This document shows positions 59,115 through 64,000 of a DNA stretch of 64,000 bases, one piece after another. Source of the DNA: a virus (taxonomy: Duplodnaviria > Caudoviricetes); the IMG/VR virus record IMGVR_UViG_2889931527_000001; one strand, written 5' to 3'. Under the pieces are notes generated by a model, which did no database searches, was not told the DNA's origin, and worked only from the letters and a program-made list of their open reading frames with translations. Made by a program: the position numbers and the translations under genes. How positions within the stretch are numbered: the stretch's first letter is position 1; each line of letters starts with the position of its first letter.

Positions 59115-60931
59115 TAAAACAACCTTCCTCGTTTATGCAGCACTCGTGGGTGATAGTTCTGGTATTGCGGAGCAAATTTCTTCTGCCTTGCAAGCTTTTC
59201 GATCATCGGCGTCCAGTCGGATTCTTTTCGCACAGATTCAATAAGCTTTTTTCGCTCTAAAAGTTGAGCGAAACGCAAGGCATATTTGAAAGCTGACCAC
59301 ATATCGCGTTGAATTGATTTTGAAATGCGCGTTTCTGACCAGTTCATTGCGCTTTGCTTTTTCTTCAAATTCGAAATTTGTCCACACATTTCTCGACATT
59401 TAGCATAGGGGATAGCAAATGTCGCATCTTCATCCGAAGTTTGCAAATGGTGATATGTTTTATAGGCTTCTATGCCCTCATAGATGTTCGTAGTTAAAAT
59501 TTGGACATTCCCTTGTTCAAACTGCACTTCTGCATATTTCAGCATTTCGCCGTCAGGGTCGCCATGTCCTGTTTCACGATAACCATTACTTGCGACAACA
59601 GGATAAATAACCGGAAGCGCGTCCGGCTGCTCCAATTCAGGATAATCATGGTTCCAGCAGCATATTGGCTGCCCATCTCCCATGTCCTTCATTAGCTGCT
59701 CTGTAACCGATTTTCCGTACTGTTTGTTATCGATTGCAATAAACGTACCAGCGCCGCCCTCCATGGAGTATCGACGCCATAGTTCTTTCAGATATTGTGC
59801 TTGTAGAGAAGCTTCTTTCGGACGCATATCCTGCACATACACAAGCTGCTTGAGATACGTGTCTTGCTTTCCGCGAAGATGCTGGGTCGTCAGTTTTACG
59901 ATTGCTGCTGCACACATTGCGTGCCGCGCACCTTCTTCGTGGGATACGTCATATCCAATAATGTATATGGCGTTCGGGTCTTGGCAATGATGGCGTTCCA
60001 TGACCATGATCTTTTTTGATTCCGTCAGAACTTCATCACGAATTACAGAGTTTTCGCTTACGCCAGTATATCTGCTCTCCATTTCGCGCATCCATTCTTC
60101 GGGGGTAAGCTTTCGGCGCAAATCTTCTGCCCATGCCAAATCGCGTATACCTGATAAAACCGCCACTTCCCACGGATAATCGATTATAAATGCGCTTTCT
60201 CCATTTTGCATTGCCTTTAACACATCACATCTGTATTGGTATGTTTCATTCTGTTGCCGACACGCAGATGTAATATACTGCTTTTTAAAGTCAATGTGCA
60301 TCGGGTCCGGTTGGCGGTCCACCTGATGGCGCAAGCGGATAGATGGTAGGATAATATTTCGATAGTTTCGGTGATCGAAAACTGGCTGTTCTTCCTGCCC
60401 CACTTCTTCACACAAAACTTGGTGCGAGTTATCGCCACGCATGGTAGTAATGGTGAATTCCGAACCGGTTTCGGTTTTCATCTCGAATGTCTCTTTGGCA
60501 TTCTGTGTTTTCAACCAATGGTCAGCGAGAGCCGGATAATTTTTTCGAATCTGAGTGAATGTAGCATCTGCAATTTCTGCTGTTTGTTTGAGCGATGGTC
60601 CGAAATATCGCATCAATTCCCCCGGCCACAAAACGCCTTCACTCATTTTTGACAAGAAGGATGAATAAGTCTTTGTTGTGCCACGCGAACCAGTAATGAA
60701 AACCTGCTGATACCGTGCCATAACACGAATATTGATCGCTTGAATCAGCGCCAGTGTATAATCGCTATCCTCCCCTTCCAGAACGGCAAGCATTCTATCG
60801 GGATACCATCGCCAATATGAGAGTAAGAGTGCCCAGTTGTCGCCACTGATTTCATCATAATTAGCAGCTCGCGCTTGCCCTCTTTTTACCCATTTATGTA
60901 ATGTTGGATTCCAGTATTTACCCGCAGGCAT
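59114..60931 (-). CDS. terL: Terminase large subunit
   Basis: SRGTTKT Walker A, VLCEE Walker B, YITSA, IGYDVS nuclease, RDMWSA. Confidence 0.9.
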   Translation of the reverse strand: MPAGKYWNPTLHKWVKRGQARAANYDEISGDNWALLLSYWRWYPDRMLAVLEGEDSDYTLALIQAINIRVMARYQQVFITGSRGTTKTYSSFLSKMSEGVLWPGELMRYFGPSLKQTAEIADATFTQIRKNYPALADHWLKTQNAKETFEMKTETGSEFTITTMRGDNSHQVLCEEVGQEEQPVFDHRNYRNIILPSIRLRHQVDRQPDPMHIDFKKQYITSACRQQNETYQYRCDVLKAMQNGESAFIIDYPWEVAVLSGIRDLAWAEDLRRKLTPEEWMREMESRYTGVSENSVIRDEVLTESKKIMVMERHHCQDPNAIYIIGYDVSHEEGARHAMCAAAIVKLTTQHLRGKQDTYLKQLVYVQDMRPKEASLQAQYLKELWRRYSMEGGAGTFIAIDNKQYGKSVTEQLMKDMGDGQPICCWNHDYPELEQPDALPVIYPVVASNGYRETGHGDPDGEMLKYAEVQFEQGNVQILTTNIYEGIEAYKTYHHLQTSDEDATFAIPYAKCREMCGQISNLKKKQSAMNWSETRISKSIQRDMWSAFKYALRFAQLLERKKLIESVRKESDWTPMIEKLARQKKFAPQYQNYHPRVLHKRGRLF

Positions 60932-61986
60932 TACGTATCAGGCCTTTCATATTTCATGGGCGGCAACTCCAAGCTTTCAATCAGTTTCTTTTCGGCTTCT
61001 GTGCTTCCTTCCTGAAATTCGCCCTGTTGAGGATCAATTTGCATTTCAACCGGCAAAGTGTCTGTCTCGCTCATACCCGAATTTCGACGGTATGCGTTCC
61101 AAATGGCAAGTAAAATCTGATCGATAATGTCCTTCCCCATTGGGTATACCGGATGATCTGCGCGTAGAATCGGAAGAAGTTGATCGTAAGGCAACAACTT
61201 TCCGTTCTTCGCATAGCCATTTCGTTCAAGAGCCGCCATCAATGTATCAATCTTTACTGCTGCAACCGGTGCTTCATCGCGCTTGCGCATCAGGTTATCA
61301 GCTTTCATCTTGGAAATCATGCCGTAGATTTCTTTCGCTTCTTTTGTATTTCTGGAAGCGCATTGCTTTTGATAGTCCAAAAGCAGTTTGCAGATTTCCC
61401 GGATATTGAATTCCATTTCGGCATCAATGCCGTTTGCTTCGTATGATTTCGATTGGATGGAATAAAGCCGATCCAGTTCGTTGTAATCTGCCTTTGTCCA
61501 GTCATCGCGCTCGCCCCAGTCGCGTCGCTGCCGTTTTGTTCCGGCCTTCTCATATTGCAAGTTGTCTGAAACAATTTCACGATTCAGCTTTACCTTTTGC
61601 GTGATTCCGAACAGTTTTTCCACATCGGTAATCCCATCTGAGAACGCGCACGGTTCGCCATCAATTCGCGTTCCTTTTTCCGCAGCATCGATATTTTTTA
61701 GGTATACATCCCACGAATAATCATCAAACACTTGTTCCATATTTGGTACGAGTTCAGGAATGAAAGGAATGTTATATGCAGCACAGCACAGGAAGAATGC
61801 CATATATGGAGATACAAGGAACGCAAATTCTGAGAACTGTTCTCGCTGACATTTTTTGCAGTAATGAACAAATCGTGTATCACCGTACCATTCGGGTGAC
61901 GCCACACGTCCGGTTTCATCGGTTAATTCTTCACCGCATCGCACGCAATGCACCGCAACATCAAGCTCCATTTCTTCTGCGTTCAA
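60931..61986 (-). CDS. Putative terminase small subunit / Zn-finger protein
   Basis: Coupled upstream of terL; CxxC..CKKC. Confidence 0.55.
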   Translation of the reverse strand: MNAEEMELDVAVHCVRCGEELTDETGRVASPEWYGDTRFVHYCKKCQREQFSEFAFLVSPYMAFFLCCAAYNIPFIPELVPNMEQVFDDYSWDVYLKNIDAAEKGTRIDGEPCAFSDGITDVEKLFGITQKVKLNREIVSDNLQYEKAGTKRQRRDWGERDDWTKADYNELDRLYSIQSKSYEANGIDAEMEFNIREICKLLLDYQKQCASRNTKEAKEIYGMISKMKADNLMRKRDEAPVAAVKIDTLMAALERNGYAKNGKLLPYDQLLPILRADHPVYPMGKDIIDQILLAIWNAYRRNSGMSETDTLPVEMQIDPQQGEFQEGSTEAEKKLIESLELPPMKYERPDT

Positions 61987-62027
61987 TTTTGTTCACCTCC
62001 TCGTATAATAAGATTCAAAGTTAATAA

Positions 62028-62305
62028 TTTCAGGCATCAGCAGGCATTGAGATGCCCGTGATACAATAGCTGTAGGACAGCAGGGTCAAGCTCTCCACCT
62101 CCTTGTTGAGCCACAAGGCTGCTTCATTTTTAGTCTGTTCCCCTGAGCCGGAAGTCAGCTGCAAACTCATTGGCTGTTTGCCGGAGGCAAGGCCGCCCTT
62201 TCAGCAGTGAGGGCTTTCGCATTGGTCTGCCCCGGAATGATTCTGATACGCGAGGTTGCGGATGCTTCGGTTATCATGGGTATCTCAAAGCCTGCTGGCC
62301 TGAAA
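62028..62305 (+). ncRNA. Putative IS110 bridge RNA region
   Basis: Closed by a long stem 62028-62063/62272-62305; internal hairpins. Confidence 0.6.
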
Positions 62306-62329
62306 TCTCCATGTGGGGAGGTGAAAATT

Positions 62330-63553
62330 ATGAACCCACTATTCGTTGGCATTGATGTGAGCAGCAGAAACAATGTGGCCTACCTGATGAAACCCGACGG
62401 CAGCAAGCACTCCAGCTTTTCCATACAGAACAACCTGGGTGGTGCTAAACTGTTATCAGAGAAGATCGTGTCGGCACTGCGTTCCATGCAGCTCAGCGAT
62501 GTGGTGATCGGCCTGGAGGCCACCTCCATCTACGGAGACAGCTTGGTTTACGCTCTCCGGGAGGATGGCAGCCTGGGCCGGTTCCAGCGGAAGATCCATG
62601 TCCTGAATCCAAAGCAGGTCAAAAAGTTCAAGGAAGCCTATCCCGACCTGCCCAAGAATGACTTTGTGGACGCCTTTGTGATTGCCGACCATCTCCGTTT
62701 CGGCAGGATCGCCAAGGAGGTCTATATGGACGACTACCGCTACCAGGCGCTCAGGACCCTTACCAGGGCCAGGTTTGACGTGATCCAAAACCTGACCCGG
62801 GAGAAACAGAGATTCGCTAACTACTTATTCCTCAAATGCTCCGGCATAGCCCAGGACAAGGACATCCAGAACACCAGCGCCACCACTATCGCGCTCATGG
62901 AGCGGTTTGAAACTGTGGATGATCTGGCAAACGCCGACCTGGACGAACTGACTGCCTTTCTGGATGAGAAGGGCAGAAACTTCGCTGACCCGGCTGCCAA
63001 AGCCAAGGTTATTCGAACTGCCGCCAGAGACTCTTACCGCCTGCCTGTTACTGTGAACAATTCTGTAAATCAGGCGATGGCAGTCTCTATTGCCTCTATG
63101 CGGGCTCTGGAAAAGCAGGTCAAGGTGTTGGACAAGGCCATTGAACAGCAGTTTGAAATCATTCCCAACACCCTGACCTCTATCCCCGGGATTGGCAAGG
63201 TCTACTCCGCCGGGATCATCGCCGAGATCGGCGACATTCACCGTTTCAGCTCTCAAGCCTCGGTTGCCAAGTTCGCCGGCCTTGTCTGGACACAGCACCA
63301 GTCCGGTGAATTTGAGGCTGAACACTCCCGGATGATCAAGTCCGGCAACCGCTATCTCCGCTACTACCTGCTGGAAGCCGCCAACTCTGTGAGAAGATGC
63401 GATTCCGAGTTCCGGCGCTACTATGACCTCAAGTATCAAGAGGTCAACAAGTATCAGCATAAACGCGCACTCGCTCTCACTGCCAGAAAACTGGTTCGGT
63501 TGATCTTTCGGCTGCTGAAGGACAACCGCCTGTATATCCTGCCGGAGGGCTGA
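62330..63553 (+). CDS. IS110 DEDD transposase/recombinase
   Basis: VGIDVS, LEATS, KNDFVDA, SIPGIG, QSG, KSGN. Confidence 0.96.
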   Translation: MNPLFVGIDVSSRNNVAYLMKPDGSKHSSFSIQNNLGGAKLLSEKIVSALRSMQLSDVVIGLEATSIYGDSLVYALREDGSLGRFQRKIHVLNPKQVKKFKEAYPDLPKNDFVDAFVIADHLRFGRIAKEVYMDDYRYQALRTLTRARFDVIQNLTREKQRFANYLFLKCSGIAQDKDIQNTSATTIALMERFETVDDLANADLDELTAFLDEKGRNFADPAAKAKVIRTAARDSYRLPVTVNNSVNQAMAVSIASMRALEKQVKVLDKAIEQQFEIIPNTLTSIPGIGKVYSAGIIAEIGDIHRFSSQASVAKFAGLVWTQHQSGEFEAEHSRMIKSGNRYLRYYLLEAANSVRRCDSEFRRYYDLKYQEVNKYQHKRALALTARKLVRLIFRLLKDNRLYILPEG

Positions 63554-63710
63554 GCGTACCGCTTGCCGCTCTGGCGCATAGGCCCTGTTTCAAAAAACTC
63601 AGGGACAGGGCTTGGATTGGTGTTGTCTTTTTCCTGCCTACATGGTCCTTTTTACTCATTCCCATTTGAAATTTTCTTGCATCACCTACTTGACTTCATA
63701 CCATTGGACT

Positions 63711-63795
63711 AAAAAACAAAAAAGGGCTGCAAACCACATTTCTGTGATTTACAGCCCCGATTGGCTTTTACTTTCTACCGATTAAGAAAGCAATG
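63711..63795 (-). promoter_or_regulatory. Late-module terminator/antiterminator element, copy 1
   Basis: About 40-bp core identical to copy 2. Confidence 0.65.
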
Positions 63796-63803
63796 TTCAG
63801 TTT

Positions 63804-64000
63804 TTATGCAATGTTTCTGTCCATGACAGCCTGGATGCCGCGCCGCGTCAGAATTTCGTGAATCATCATTCGACCCTTCTGCGTCCATTGTGTGTGCAGT
63901 TTGGTATCCGGCGAACCATCTGACCGCGTGATATTAATGGTTTTGGATTTTGTGTATCCCATGCCCATATACTTGCGATACAGAATCCATTGTCCGTTGA
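63804..64000 (-). CDS. KilAC antirepressor C-terminus (partial)
   Basis: NGQWILY...HTQWTQKGRMMIHE. Confidence 0.85.
   Translation of the reverse strand, partial: NGQWILYRKYMGMGYTKSKTINITRSDGSPDTKLHTQWTQKGRMMIHEILTRRGIQAVMDRNIA

Larger units (their letters stand above)
62022..63710 (+). mobile_element. IS110-family element (ends approximate)
   Basis: Transposase, long 5' non-coding end, TTGACT -35 near the right end; higher GC than flanks. Confidence 0.88.

Overview
The whole window is a large, rearranged and probably defective temperate prophage; its gene content suggests a Clostridia-like Firmicute host. It contains a tyrosine integrase and lysogeny switch (1-3.5 kb), a long + strand early operon (YqaJ/RecT, SSB, initiator with iterons, helicase loader, three methyltransferase-like genes, many small Zn-ribbon genes; 3.3-26.6 kb), a RepL-like gene with iterons and a long non-coding tract (26.6-28.7 kb), a minus-strand accessory block with an LPD29 protein and a probable type I toxin (28.7-34 kb), twin 'moron + regulator + antirepressor' cassettes (36.8-40.2 and 49.2-53.6 kb), a second tyrosine recombinase, tail genes (41-49 kb) and a head/packaging module (53.6-62 kb) whose capsid gene is truncated. 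The most striking feature is a set of three IS200/IS605-family elements. One carries an intact TnpB and two are 169-170 bp tnpB-less minis (left end + omegaRNA scaffold). Each has a different 3' flank and therefore a different guide, and two sit at the identical nucleotide of paralogous cassettes, as expected from TnpB homing or gene conversion. The phage is also rich in apparent RNA-level control: antisense sRNAs sharing a CTTTG loop motif, attenuator leaders before antirepressors, and a repeated terminator/antiterminator before each late module. An IS110 with a structured left-end ncRNA sits upstream of the terminase genes. All family assignments are by eye from motifs; no searches were run.
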